Positions 41,279-56,197 of a stretch of 64,000 nucleotides of DNA are shown piece by piece. Source of the stretch: the human T2T-CHM13v2.0 reference genome, Homo sapiens; the NCBI RefSeq assembly GCF_009914755.1, contig NC_060933.1; one strand, given 5' to 3'. The notes under the pieces are model-generated. The model was not told where the DNA came from. It did not search any database and saw only the letters and a program-made list of their open reading frames with translations. The position numbers and the translations under genes are program-made. Position 1 is the first letter of the stretch. Each line of letters begins with the position of its first letter.

Positions 41279-41283
<5 letters not shown>

Positions 41284-42100
41284 GCATGGTTATAATATTA
41301 CCCCAATTTGTAAAAAGGGAAATTGGGGCATAGGAAGGTGGTAAGTTACTTGTTCAAGGACTCGTAATAAAAAATAGAACTTGTACCCAAACTCAGATAA
41401 TTTGTAACTCCAGAGCCTGTTCTCTTAACTATAGCACACATTTTATCTTTTTCTTGAATGTGAAGTACAGCATTGAGACCTGTACATAACCACAAGTATT
41501 CTTACAGTATATGGAAATTTTCCTAGAAAGCCTGTAAATAACCAGCAAGTCTATTTGTCAAGAGGCAATCCGTGCATTGCTAAAGTTATTTGTATAGTTA
41601 TTCCAACGAGCACATCTGAAAACTAGGAATGCAGTTGCTTTATTAAAAAATTGTCGATGGTATAAAATATTGTTAGATTTTGGGAAGCAGTTTAGTGTGC
41701 ACATGCCAAGCTTCTCAGGACAGAAATACCTCTGAGAGCAGCTTCTTTCCTTTCACTAAGAGATGAAGAGTACACTCATGAACCCTGAGCAAAATTGTGA
41801 CTTCAATGCAATTGATTGTCTTCTAACCCAAATTCCTGTTTCTGGCTTCCTTTTCCATTTGTTCCATTTGTACAACTTCGTGCCCACTTCAGTCATTGCC
41901 CAGGGCCCTTAAATTTAAATATCCCTCCCCCTGAACATATAGGCATTATGAAATGGAAAAGAATCCGAGAATCTGATTGCGCGTTTTCATTCCTAGCAAA
42001 GCCACCATGTACACACACGTACAGGCCAGTCACATTTTAGAACACATGTTTCAGGGTTCCATGGGGGATATGATGCTGACCATTCTTTTGTTTCTCACAG

Positions 42101-42228
42101 AGTTCCAGGACCGCACGCTCCGAGGAGGACCGGGACGGCCTATGGGATGCCTGGGGCCCATGGAGTGAATGCTCACGCACCTGCGGGGGAGGGGCCTCCT
42201 ACTCTCTGAGGCGCTGCCTGAGCAGCAA
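42101..42228 (+). CDS. ADAMTSL1: ADAMTSL1 coding exon 2 (aa 22-64: [42 protein letters not shown](K)); end of signal peptide and start of thrombospondin type 1 repeat 1
   Basis: Branch point CTGAC (A at 42079), pyrimidine tract, CAG acceptor ending 42100, 128-nt GC/CpG-rich exon, consensus donor AA|GTAAGT at 42229. Canonical TSR motif WxxWxxWxxCSxTCGGG. Not in the ORF track in this frame. Confidence 0.98.
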
Positions 42229-44771
42229 GTAAGTCCTGCACCCGTTGGGGGTCTTTGTGAGAACCAGAGGTAGCCGGTTTGAGGCATGCTTTTGTGATTG
42301 GGTTTATGGAGAACATTTTGTGGCTTACAGATCCAGATAAAAGAAAAGAATTAAAGGAACGTACAAATAATTAAATTTGTGTTCTTACGTGTTTTTATTT
42401 GTGTTCTTACGTCCATCTGCAGCTGGGTCTTTATGTACTCTTATCAGATGATAAGCAATAGAGAAACTTATCATCTTTACCAAGCAAATGTTATCTGTTT
42501 TCATGTTAGGACTGGAAGGAGTATTTATTGTTAGGAATGGTTCTGGAATTATTAGCTCTATGACATATTGTACAGTATTGGTGTTAGTAGCATATTGAGT
42601 TTATGCTGGATTTTTAGTGTTACCAAGTACTTTGCAAGTGAATAACATATTGGTTTATTTTTGTAGATGTCCTAATAGCCAGAAGTTTCTTAAAGTCATT
42701 CAGTTCAATGAATGATGAATTTCGAATATAAGGAAGTTTGGAAAAATAGAAGCTTCAGTGGGAATTGGGTCAGGAATAGTGAAAGGGATGAAGAAGGTAG
42801 ACATGGGGGTGGCTAATGACATCTAAGCTAAAAGGAAAGGGCCTGAGGCCTTAGAATGGAAATTTTTACTTAGAGTAATAATTTAAAACTCCTTCTTGAG
42901 CTGTGTGGTCTATGACTAGATCTGTCTCCAAACTATAAAATATAAAGTACCATGGTAATATTTTTAATGAAAGATTTTATTTGACTATGAAAAGTGTTAT
43001 GTATAGCAAGTAGGAGGTTTGCTCAAAATTACTGTATATACTATATTATAAAACGGGAAACAGAAAAAGAATTCTAGACATTTCATAAACAAATAGCAGA
43101 AAGTGGTGAGACAGAGGTTCAGAAAAATGTCAACTTACTTTAATAAGAGTGAGAATTTCTTGAAATCAGCGTCTGAGCCTTATTCCTTTCTGTCTCCCCA
43201 AGGCCTGCACAGGGTCTAACAGATATTAGAAGCCCGATAGATGGTTCTTCATTGAAACATGAAAGACCATTTTGGCTCCAGGGAGGTCTCACTGGAAATG
43301 TTATAACCTGAGATGTATCCAACAAGATACCAGATCAATTCTGATATTTGGCCACTGTGGCATTGAGGTGTGCACTAAAAATGGGTCAATGTGATTGTAT
43401 TTACCAGCAGGTTTGTTTGTCTCATTTTTGAGGCCAGCTTCGAATCAACGAGAACCTTGAGCTGATAAGAAAGACTAGACTTTTGCTCCTTATGATTCAC
43501 CTGCTCTCTTAATCTTGAATATACAAAACTTCCAAAATCTGCAATGTATGCTGCCACACGGTGATAATGTAACTGATAATATTCATACATCAGTAAAGCC
43601 AAAAAGTATAAATTTAGAATGTTCCTGTTATTTAGTTTTCTCAAATTAGCATCCTTGAATATTTTATAGAGGTGAGCCAAAACATGTGTCTCACAAAACT
43701 GATAAGAAACAAAGGGGAATTTTCATATTGTCTCAGTGATGTGTATGTCAGCTTGAGGTAGGATCTTTTACTGAGTGAGAGACTGAGAAGCAATTTAGGG
43801 AATACATTAAAATCACAAAATTCTGTCATTCAGCAAATAATCAAATATTGATGCCATGCGAAATTCAAAAATAAACAATTTTGCCACCTAGTAAGTTAAA
43901 GGTCTAGGTGTTAGGGCTCTATTATGATACTACAAAAGATATCAGTTGTCTTCTACTTATAAAGTATTAGAAAAGTAGAATGTAAATGCTGAAATTATAA
44001 ACATATAGAAGATATGTCCCTATTTTACTTTCAAGTATTAAAAATATATATTCAGTAATCTCATACAAGGCTGACCAAGAAGCTTAAAAAATGGGGCGGA
44101 GGTTGACTACCCATTCTTTAGGAATTTGAAGAAGAAAAAAAGCCTCCAAATAGAAGGCATTTCCAAATCCAACAAGAATATAAAGAAATATTAGTTTCTT
44201 AAAAACCAGTGCTTAGTATGGACTGATACATTATCCACATGGATATGTTCTATACTTTTAAATTCTAGTCATTCTTTAGCAAATCAAAAACTTGTCATCA
44301 TCATTAAACTCTGGAACAATCTGGATAGAAAATGTAATATATATTTTTAATTGTGAAAGAACTATTTATATATGCCCTATCATATATTTTGACATCATTC
44401 TTCAATAGGATTTGTATTATTAGGCTAAACTGTATTAATTCTGATCCTTGTAAGACAAACAACATAGAGGTTGATTTAGCTGTTCAATCTGAGATTCTAG
44501 TGGGATTTCTGGAGACAAGCAGCTCATGATATGACCACATTAGCATATTACCTCTGCGCCCTAATGAGTTAAATCTTACAGCTACAGATTTTAAAAGGAG
44601 CAAAACTAAGACTGAGTTAATCCCTTTGGGGGTGTATTGATTGTAGAAAATCTGCATCTCCAAGGACAATTTAAAGATCTACAGTGACTAAGTAAATACC
44701 TTTATAATAATACCAAATAAGTATGTTAACCCATTGAATGTTCCTGGATGCTATAATGCTGATTTTTAAAA

Positions 44772-44832
44772 TATTAGTTGGTGCAAAAGTAATTGCAGTT
44801 TTTGCTATTACCTTCAATTCACCAACCCAATA
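44772..44832. mobile_element. MADE1 (Hsmar1-derived MITE), right TIR internally deleted
   Basis: ttagttggtgcaaaagtaattgcagtttttgctattac...caccaacccaa, TA on both sides. Confidence 0.85.
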
Positions 44833-45174
44833 CTTTAGTTTTTATGGCAATTACACACTTATTTTCTAGAAAGCACAACACAACATGCTATTATTGAACA
44901 GCTTAGATAGTTCCTGCTTTGATTCAAGACTTTTGTTTATGTTGCATTTTTCAAAACAAGGCATGCGTATACACCTACAAACCCCCTACCCCACGCATGT
45001 ATTTGTGTGTGTGCTGAGCTGTGACAGAAAATATATATCATTTCAAAAGGGTCTGACAGCTTCTGTTGCAGAGAACTCACCCTGGCAGGGGCCCTTTGTG
45101 GATACTAGTCAGACCCATTTACCCAGGGGAGACCTTATCCTAAGTGTCACTGGTCCTCAATCAAAATTCAGTTT

Positions 45175-45473
45175 GGCCAGGCACAGTGGCTCACGCCTGT
45201 AATTGCAGCACTTTGGGAGGCCGAGGCGGGTGGATCACCTGAGGTCAAGAGTTCAAGACAAGCCTGGCCAATATGGACAAACCCGATTTCTACTAAAAAT
45301 GCAAAAATTAGCTGGGCGTGGTAGCGGGTGCTTATAATTGCAGCTGCTAGGGAGGCTGAGGCAGGAGAATCGCTTGAACCCCAGAGGCAGAGGTTGCAGT
45401 GAGCCAAGATCGAGTCACTGCACTCCAGCCTGGGCGACGAGCGAAACTCCGTCTCAAAAAAAAAAGAAAAAAA
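45175..45473 (+). mobile_element. AluS, 12-bp TSD AAAATTCAGTTT
   Basis: TSD at 45163-45174 and 45474-45485. Confidence 0.95.
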
Positions 45474-46174
45474 AAAATTCAGTTTTCTTTACCTGGGATT
45501 ATTATGTTTGGAATCAGAGATTCTCAAATGTTTGTGTGTCCCTGGCTTTCTCTTCCTGCCATTCTGTATCACTTCACAAGTTTTATTAATATGATTTTAG
45601 CCCTGTATTTTCTCCTTTTTTGTGTGTAATGAAAGTGTGGAGCAAGTCCCCTTTGGTATCTAAAGGGAATCAGACATTTTGGATGATTTCATTTTAGATG
45701 ATTTATAGTCTCCTCCATATATAGTTTGAATGCATCTGCTCAGGATCCTCCATGGAAGTGTAGTTGTCTTCATTATCTTTTAAGTTGTCAAGCACCTAAG
45801 AAGCTATTTGTTTTCTTGATAATTTTTATTTGCAATCTAGATCTTTCACTATTAACAGAAATTCCTGGGTTACAGCCTCATGTTTCAAAAAGCTAGCTTT
45901 CAGCTATCAAAGTTCATGGAGACACCTAGCATTCATTAAACTTTCAGTTATAGTCATGTATAAAAATTTTAATTTTCATTAAAATACATAACTCTAAGCA
46001 GTAAGAAATATTAAATAAGTACTTATAAAAGCAAAATATAATATTAATAAAATACATTCTAACATTTTTCTCATTACTACTTGACTGTAATTAGGTCATT
46101 GCTTAAATATGGCCCTAAATCAGTCCTTAGGCTGGATTTAGAATGTATTTTGACTCTTATAATTTAGAAATAGA

Positions 46175-46507
<333 letters not shown>

Positions 46508-46674
46508 AATAGATATGTTCTGGGATATGTGCTCAGCTTTAAGACTTCGAATCAGTTTGATTTTTAAAGTTTTCAAGTTTTTTCCCTCAACAACTGGTTC
46601 TATCTATTCTAGTACCAGCAAGAATTTATTAGTTTACTCCCCTTACTTCCTTACGCTAATGGTAACTCTAATTG

Positions 46675-47115
46675 GTGTAGCAATTATTCATTGCCACAGT
46701 AATGCTGCATAAAAACCACTAATCCTCAGTGGAATATCAGATAAGGAATTATTGCTTGGCTAGGCAGCTCTGATGGACTTTGATGGTCTTGATCACATAT
46801 CTAGGGTTGGCTGGATGTTGGCTGATCTAGACTGGCTTCATCTGGTTCAACTTGGGAAACCCAATTCTGCTCCACAAGTTCCTTATCCTCCAGCAGGCTA
46901 GCCTAGGCAAGTTCTCATAGTGATAGCAGAGGTGTAAGAGAGAGCAATTCCCAGTGCAAAGCCTGTTTCCAGCTTCTGTACCATATTTGCTAGTATCTCA
47001 TTGGCCAAACTAAGCCATCCACCAAGTCCAGAGTCAGAATGGGAGAGCCAAATTGTTACATGTGAAAGCATGAGCTAGAGAGAGGGTGAAAAATTGGGAC
47101 TATTCTTCAATCTAG
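46675..47115. mobile_element. MLT1 (MaLR) solo LTR
   Basis: attgccacagtaatgctgcataaaaaccac...ctccagcaggctagcctaggc...cattggccaaactaagcca. Confidence 0.75.
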
Positions 47116-50100
47116 CATGAATAGTCTTCTATGGCTTTCTTACTCATTTGTAATGGGATAATGAACTTCATGGGTTCTGTCTCATTTCTCCACTCCAGAT
47201 CTAGGCATCTAAATTCAGTTCAGTCACCTTATATACCTTCCCAATAGGGAAAGATCAGAGTTTATGAATGTATATATGCTTAGAGGCCTAGCAGGTAACT
47301 GGAATGTATGTAGTAGCATTCATATTGAGTCCAAATAAATCCCATCTACCAGGTAAATTAACCTGCCAGGCCAATTTTCTAGCTCTAGTAATATGACCTC
47401 TTAGAGCACTCTCAGGTCTGATTATTTTTTCAAGTCTATCAGCTAATGATTATTCTATTCCCAATATGAAAGAAATGTAAAGGGAGGTAGATTACTTAGA
47501 TTTTGTGGAATAAATGACAACTACTCAACTTCTGGAGTTAATTTTGTTCCCTGATGGACCGGGAGCTTGTGAGGAGACTTGGTTTACCCTCTGAGTACAG
47601 AACATCCTCTCTGAGTGATCTTTTGAAGGTTCTAGAAAAAAATTCAATGGAGACAAAGCAGAATGAAAACACAGGTACACATTAAATATAAAAGCCTTCA
47701 TTCTCAACAAGCAGTACTTGATACTGGAGAAAAAGTTCTGACCCAGGAACATACTGAGTAGAATCCTTTCCTTGGTTTCTCCCCTACCCTTTTTCTGAGG
47801 TTTGCAGAAAGTAGGCAGTGCTTGATTTTCCAGGTTTATGATATTGGAACACTGATCATTGCCTTTATCTGCAACCCTGGTTTGAACAACAAAGAAAGAC
47901 ACTGTATAAACATTGTCTCTCACCTTTACTAATTTTGTAAGGTTATATGAGGTTTTATTGAGTAACTCTTATAATGTAACTTTTACTAATCTAGTATCGC
48001 TAAGTAGAATGTAATACCTGTTTTTATTTTTCATTAATTAGAAAAGAGACTATACCTACTGGTGCTTGATGATGGACATTTATTTTATTTCAAATGAATT
48101 AAAGTACTAGGTACCTTGAGAAGCTGCTCCTCTCTCCAGTTCTTCACCCCCCTACTAAATACTCTGAAATAATATTTATAGTGAACTATTTGTCTAGCTT
48201 TTTAAAAAATATTTAATACTAAAGATCTATCTTTCAGAGCTCTAGGTTTATCTTCAGCCAGCTAATTTAGCTTTGCTCATAAGAAGTTCCAAATGCATAA
48301 GACAGTTAATATAATGTGTAACATTATCTGTCTCCCTGTATTAAGTCAATGCCAAGACCAGGCTCAAAGGAGGAAACTACCCCTCATTTGAGATGGCAAC
48401 GAGTTAGATAGCTGGCTGCTCTTAGGTGTGATGTGAACCTTTGCACTGGTGACTAAAGAAGATTTAAAGGTCTTCTGAGACCTTTTTTACTTTCTGAAAT
48501 GCCAAATTCATCTGCTAATGGTATAAATTAATACTACATTAATATTGTATTAAGAGCATAAATTAATACATTAAGAATACAAATATTATGTTAAATCTTA
48601 ACTGATTCAGCAATGGGCTTGGCTGTTTCATATCTATCCAAATAGCAAAAAATGATCTTCTTATGAAGGATGGCAGAATTTTTTAAAAGTTAATAAATTT
48701 TGAGTTAAATATTAAAATTGAATTAAAAAGTTTTTGAGGTAATACGATTATTAGATGAGCAAGAAATAAAAATCACACAAGAGGTGCCTAAAACAAGTAA
48801 GATTATAGTATTATTCCAAAGGCATGTGGCTGCCAGAATGGTGTCAACATAAATACAGAAAAAGTAAAATAAATAGCCCCAAGGAGTCTTAGTCCACAGG
48901 AATAGGAAAGATCATTCTAAAGGTCTCATTTCATAATAATTGTGGTAAGAGAAAGTAAGCTAACTTCTCTGATTTTTAATTGCAAACACAGATATTCTGC
49001 CATGAAAATATTGATACACTAATATAGGCTTTAGTTAGCATCTTATTTCTATACCGTATAATAATAAATACCAAAAGAAAATTTTCAATGGTAAGATTTT
49101 GCTTCTTAAACAAATGTTTGTTTTTTTCTCTAAAAGACATCTCATCTCTATCATAACATCCAATTAAGATTCACAGGACTTGTTTTAAGAGGTTTTAGAA
49201 CTTTCAGCTCAAGTGAGCCCCAAAGCAGGCTTTATCTGTTATTCTTCATCTGGTGTTATATGTTATCACCCTTGTTTTCCTTGGGAATGTTTGAATTTTT
49301 GTTTAAAAGAAAGATATACAAGTTCAGAGTGGGTATGACTACTCATGTCATTTGTATGAGATAGTCTTTTCATTTTGTTAAAGGAGATTGCATATTTTGG
49401 AACATATGCTTAAGAGTTTGCAGTTGCCTTCCTTTTACTTTTTGGGTTAAAGCCTAGTCTAAATATATTACCAAGACTTCTAATATTTCAGGTCATATAT
49501 CTTAGGGGGGTGTATTGTTCCAAGATCTGATCTCCTTTCCGGAGGCAAATGCGCTAAGGCCAATGACTGAATGTTTAGGACCAATTTATGGCCTGGTTTA
49601 TCCCATAAGCCAATTTGTTGGAATAAAAGATGGTTAGAAATGTGTTTGTTGTCCATAACATTTACTTGCCATATCAGGAATCTGTAACTCTTAGATGTCT
49701 TTTTCTGTTTATTAAAAAAAAAAATCCTTATGTGATTTGTTCAGTAGCCCTTCTAAAGTTTGTATATCTCCTCAATTTTAATTCATTCATTCAATAAATA
49801 TTTATTGAATACCTACTATGTATTAAGCAAATTGGTAGGTATAATTAAGGATAGAAATCCCAAAGGGCCAGAGTCTCAAGAATTTACCAAATTATTAATT
49901 TGCCTCTGAGTTTCTACTGATTATAGTTGCAAGATATTTTAAGAACTAAGAGAAGTTCCCCCAGTTCTATAAATAATACATCTGTGGAACTGGGTTTTAA
50001 AAATATTTTATATGTATTGTTATTTTATTCTGGTAGCATCATTTTATATATTAATGCTTTCTTTTCCTAATTCAATTGTATGAATTCCTCCTTTTTTACA

Positions 50101-50399
50101 GTGCTTAGCACACAGCAGACATTCAAATGTTTAATAATTGGCTTTTAAACAGTATATGCAGTATTGTCATTTTATTTCTTCAATCTGTGCTTCAACTAAA
50201 GTGGAAGAAAACTATGTGATATTAAACATCTCTACAAAAGAATTGGGAACCTAATCCCTATACCACAGAACAAAGGTTGGTGGAACCAATTCTACTTTTG
50301 CAGAATTAAGAAAATATTTCAGACTTAGACCTAGACTGAGCTGGGAAGGATCTTAGAGCTAATCTCCTCTCTAATTCCCTCTTGGTTATTTCCCTTCCT

Positions 50400-52330
<1,931 letters not shown>

Positions 52331-52334
52331 GAAG

Positions 52335-52515
52335 TAGTTCTTAATCCTAGTTACACTTTAGAATCACCTGGAAAGCTTTTAAAAAAAATACAGATATCTG
52401 GGCCCTACCAAAGAACAGTTAAATTAGGATCTCTTGGGGTAGATTCCTGACATCAGTAATTTTTTCAAAGCTCTCCAAATGATTTTAGTGTGTATCCAGA
52501 GTTTAAAATTGCTGC
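52335..52515. mobile_element. MER5A-like DNA transposon fossil
   Basis: agtagttcttaatcct...ttagaatcacctgg...aaagctctccaaatgatt. Confidence 0.7.
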
Positions 52516-52587
52516 CGTCTTGAAGGGGGTGATAGTGCAATGATGAGGTTTATCTCTAGCTCCCTGAAAAAGTAGAGGTTAGGGTAA

Positions 52588-52908
<321 letters not shown>

Positions 52909-54681
52909 TGATAAAGAAACTTCTTTTATGTTAAAAGGAGTTTCTGTAAAATGATCGAGTCCGCCATGTGGGAGAGAAGTCATGGATACAAGCATGTCAA
53001 GATGTAAGAGTGGGGATTGCCCTAGGTACTACTCTTTATCTACTTTTCTGGTACATACACAGTTGTCTAGTATTAGTCATCATCAGCCTTGCCCAAAGTA
53101 TTAAATGAACTAAGTGATTTCTAACTTATTCTTTCATCCTTTTATTAATTAAGCCTACAAACATGATCCTTTAAGCTTCCAGCTTGTTGGTGAATGACCA
53201 GGTTAATGTCCTAGTGATTCTTGGGTAGTTTATGCAAATTCTCTGAGACTCACCTCTCCTTAAAGTCATTAATCTTCCTATCCACAGAGTTGAGTTGAGT
53301 TGAGTTTTCCATCTTCAATTCAGCATCCATCCCTCCAGCTCCTCCCTCACCTCAACTACCAAAAAAAAAAAAAAGAAAGAAAAAGAAAGATTTCCTAATG
53401 CTACTTGCATAATTTATTGAATTATTCTTCGGTTTGGGCCCAATTTGTAGAAAATAGAAAAGAGTTATCTGACCCTGTTTTCCTTAGTTTCAGTCACTGA
53501 GAAAGAGAGAGAAAGAAAGAAAGAGAGAGAGATGGAGACAGATACTGGATATTAAAAGCAAACAGAGGGTGGTCTGTCCAAATCATATACAATGGGGGAT
53601 GGACAATTCACCTGGAGGCAGGAAGAATAACTTATAAAACACTAGGTGATATTACATCCATGCATGGATCATCAGCTGAAGCCCCTAACTAATATACCAA
53701 CCTCAAATAGCTGCAGAGCCAGCCACTGCCTTTGGGCTTTGGAGTAGGAATCCCTGGTCCAGATAAAGACCCTTTCCTACTTAGGGAGAGAACCACATGT
53801 TGTGGGAACCAGAATTTGTAGCAGTGAGTTTCATTGCCTACTTTGTGGATTATTACTTCTATTTTATTTTTCATAAAACTACTGATTTTGAATATTGGCA
53901 CCACTGTTCTCTACTTGTATGACATTGGACTAGATTTTAGTTTCTCTGGGATTTTGTTTGCTTATCTGTGAAATCAAGTGGGCAGTGCCTGGAACAGAAC
54001 AAGTGTTCCATAAATATTTGTTGAACAGATATCCAAGGTGCCCTTCAACTCTGAAATGTGTGCCCCTAAAAAGGAGACAGTTTCTCCTCCAGATATGCAG
54101 TCAAGCCCATTTTGCTGTTAGATAGGAAGAGGAGCAAAAACTGCTCTTCATATAAATGGTTTTAAAGAAAAATGTTGTGACTCTCCAGACCCCTGTTTTG
54201 CAATGAACATCTGGGTGACATGGAAGGATTGGAGAACTTTTGTCTCTAGCCAAAATAATTCATAAATTTCTAGCTCAAGGCTTGTATCAGGAGAGGTTGT
54301 TAGAGTCCTAGAGTTTCATAATATACATTTTCCTCAAGGGGAAGATGGAAAAGTTGGACTTGATGTTGCTAAAACACATTTGTTTTTATTCTCATTCTTT
54401 GCCTCTTTTGGCTACTGAGCAAATGTAAGATCATTTGCAAACCTTATGGCATGTGTGTGTATACTATAAAGTGCATGTCCTTCTTGCTAGTGGATCTTAA
54501 GCCAAAGGCAGCAATCCCCCGGCCCCCACCCCTAGCCATCTTTCAGAGGAAGCAAATGCATTGCAAGGACAAACACAACTTATAATAAATATATGAAAAT
54601 AAACGTGTTCATTAAAATAGAGCCCAATTTTTTTACTTTGGTAGCTATTTAATTTCATTTTAAACTTTTCATCTTTTTCTT

Positions 54682-55121
54682 TTTTTTTAATTTATTTTTT
54701 TTTATTATACTTTAAGTTTTAGGATACATGTGCACATTGTGCAGGTTAGTTACGTATGTATACATGTGCCATGCTGGTGCGCTGCACCCACGAACTCGTC
54801 ATCTAGCATTAGGTGTATCTCCCAATGCTATCCCTCCCCCCTCCCCCCACACCACCACAGTCCCCAGCGTGTGATATTCCCCTTCCTGTGTCCATGTGAT
54901 CTCATTGTTCAATTCCCACCTATGAGTGAGATTATGCAGTGTTTGGTTTTTTGTTCTTGCGATAGTTTACTGAGAATGATGATTTCCAATTTCATCCATG
55001 TCCCTATCATTTTTTATGGCTGCATAGTATTCCATGGTGTATATGTGCCACATTTTCTTAATCCAGTCTATCATTGTTGGACATTTGGGTTGGTTCCAAG
55101 TCTTTGCTATTGTGAATAATG
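54682..55121 (-). mobile_element. Young L1 (L1PA2-like), 5'-truncated, about 440 bp, TSD CTTTTTCTT
   Basis: Close match to the L1HS/PA2 3'UTR; GAG (not ACA) at the Ta-diagnostic site; TSD at 54673-54681 and 55122-55130. Confidence 0.9.
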
Positions 55122-55425
55122 CTTTTTCTTGTTATAGACAGATTTTAATCAGGTTTCTTGTAGAACAGATGTGAGGCCGAAAGTTCTTCATGGCCTGGAG
55201 TTATCTTTATAACAGTTCCTTCTGTATGTTTCTTCCTTCTTCCTTTGGCCATTTGTTCTTTCCTTCCCTCCTTCTATCCCTTGCTCCCTTCTTTCCTTCC
55301 TTCCTTCTCTCACGAAATATTTGTAAAGCACTAACAGTACACCAAGCATGTTGCTAGATTCTGCAGCTCAGAGACCAAACAGACTGCAAGGGAAAAAAGT
55401 AAATAATTGTCAAAAAATATTTACT

Positions 55426-55966
55426 ATTTTTTATTTTAGATTCAGGGGGTACATGTGCATGTTTATTACATGGGTATATTGCATAATGGTGGGGTTTGGG
55501 CTTCCAGTATACCCATCACCCAAATATTGAACGTCGTACTCAATAGGCAGTTTTTCCACCCCGCCCCCCAACCCAGCCTTTCCTCTTTTGGAGTCCCCAG
55601 TGCCAAATATTTCCATCTTTATGTCCATGTGTACGCATTGTTTAGCTCCTGCTTATAGGTGAAAACCTATGGTATTTGATTTTCTGCTTCTGAGTTAATT
55701 CACTTAGGATAATGGCCTCCAGCTCCATCCATGTTGCCGTAAAGGACATGATTTCATTCTTTTTATGGCTAAGTAGTATTGATGGTGTATATGTACCACA
55801 TTCTCTTTATCTAGTCATCCATTGATGGACATTTAGGCTGATTCTATGACTTTGCTATTGTGAATAGTGCTGCAATAAACATATGAATGCAGGTGTCTTT
55901 TTTATATAATGATTTCTTTTCCTTTGGTTAGATACCCAGTGTGGGATTGCTAGGTTAAATGGTAAT
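55426..55966 (-). mobile_element. L1PB-like 3' fragment
   Basis: ttttagattcagggggtacatgtgc...ttaggataatggcctccagctccatcc. Confidence 0.85.
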
Positions 55967-55976
55967 ATGGTTTTCT

Positions 55977-56197
<221 letters not shown>

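Noticed and set aside
41977-42287. ORF-track ORFs overlapping exon 2
   Set aside because: Wrong-frame or antisense shadows of the GC-rich true exon
47525-47923. 132-aa minus-strand ORF
   Set aside because: No domain, promoter or exon signals
49789-49810. 22-bp palindrome ATTCAATAAATATTTATTGAAT
   Set aside because: Derives from the naturally quasi-palindromic L2 3' end; AT-rich
53287-53535. (GAGTT)4, orphan A-run and GA-rich tract
   Set aside because: Simple repeats; no TSD or retrocopy body identifiable
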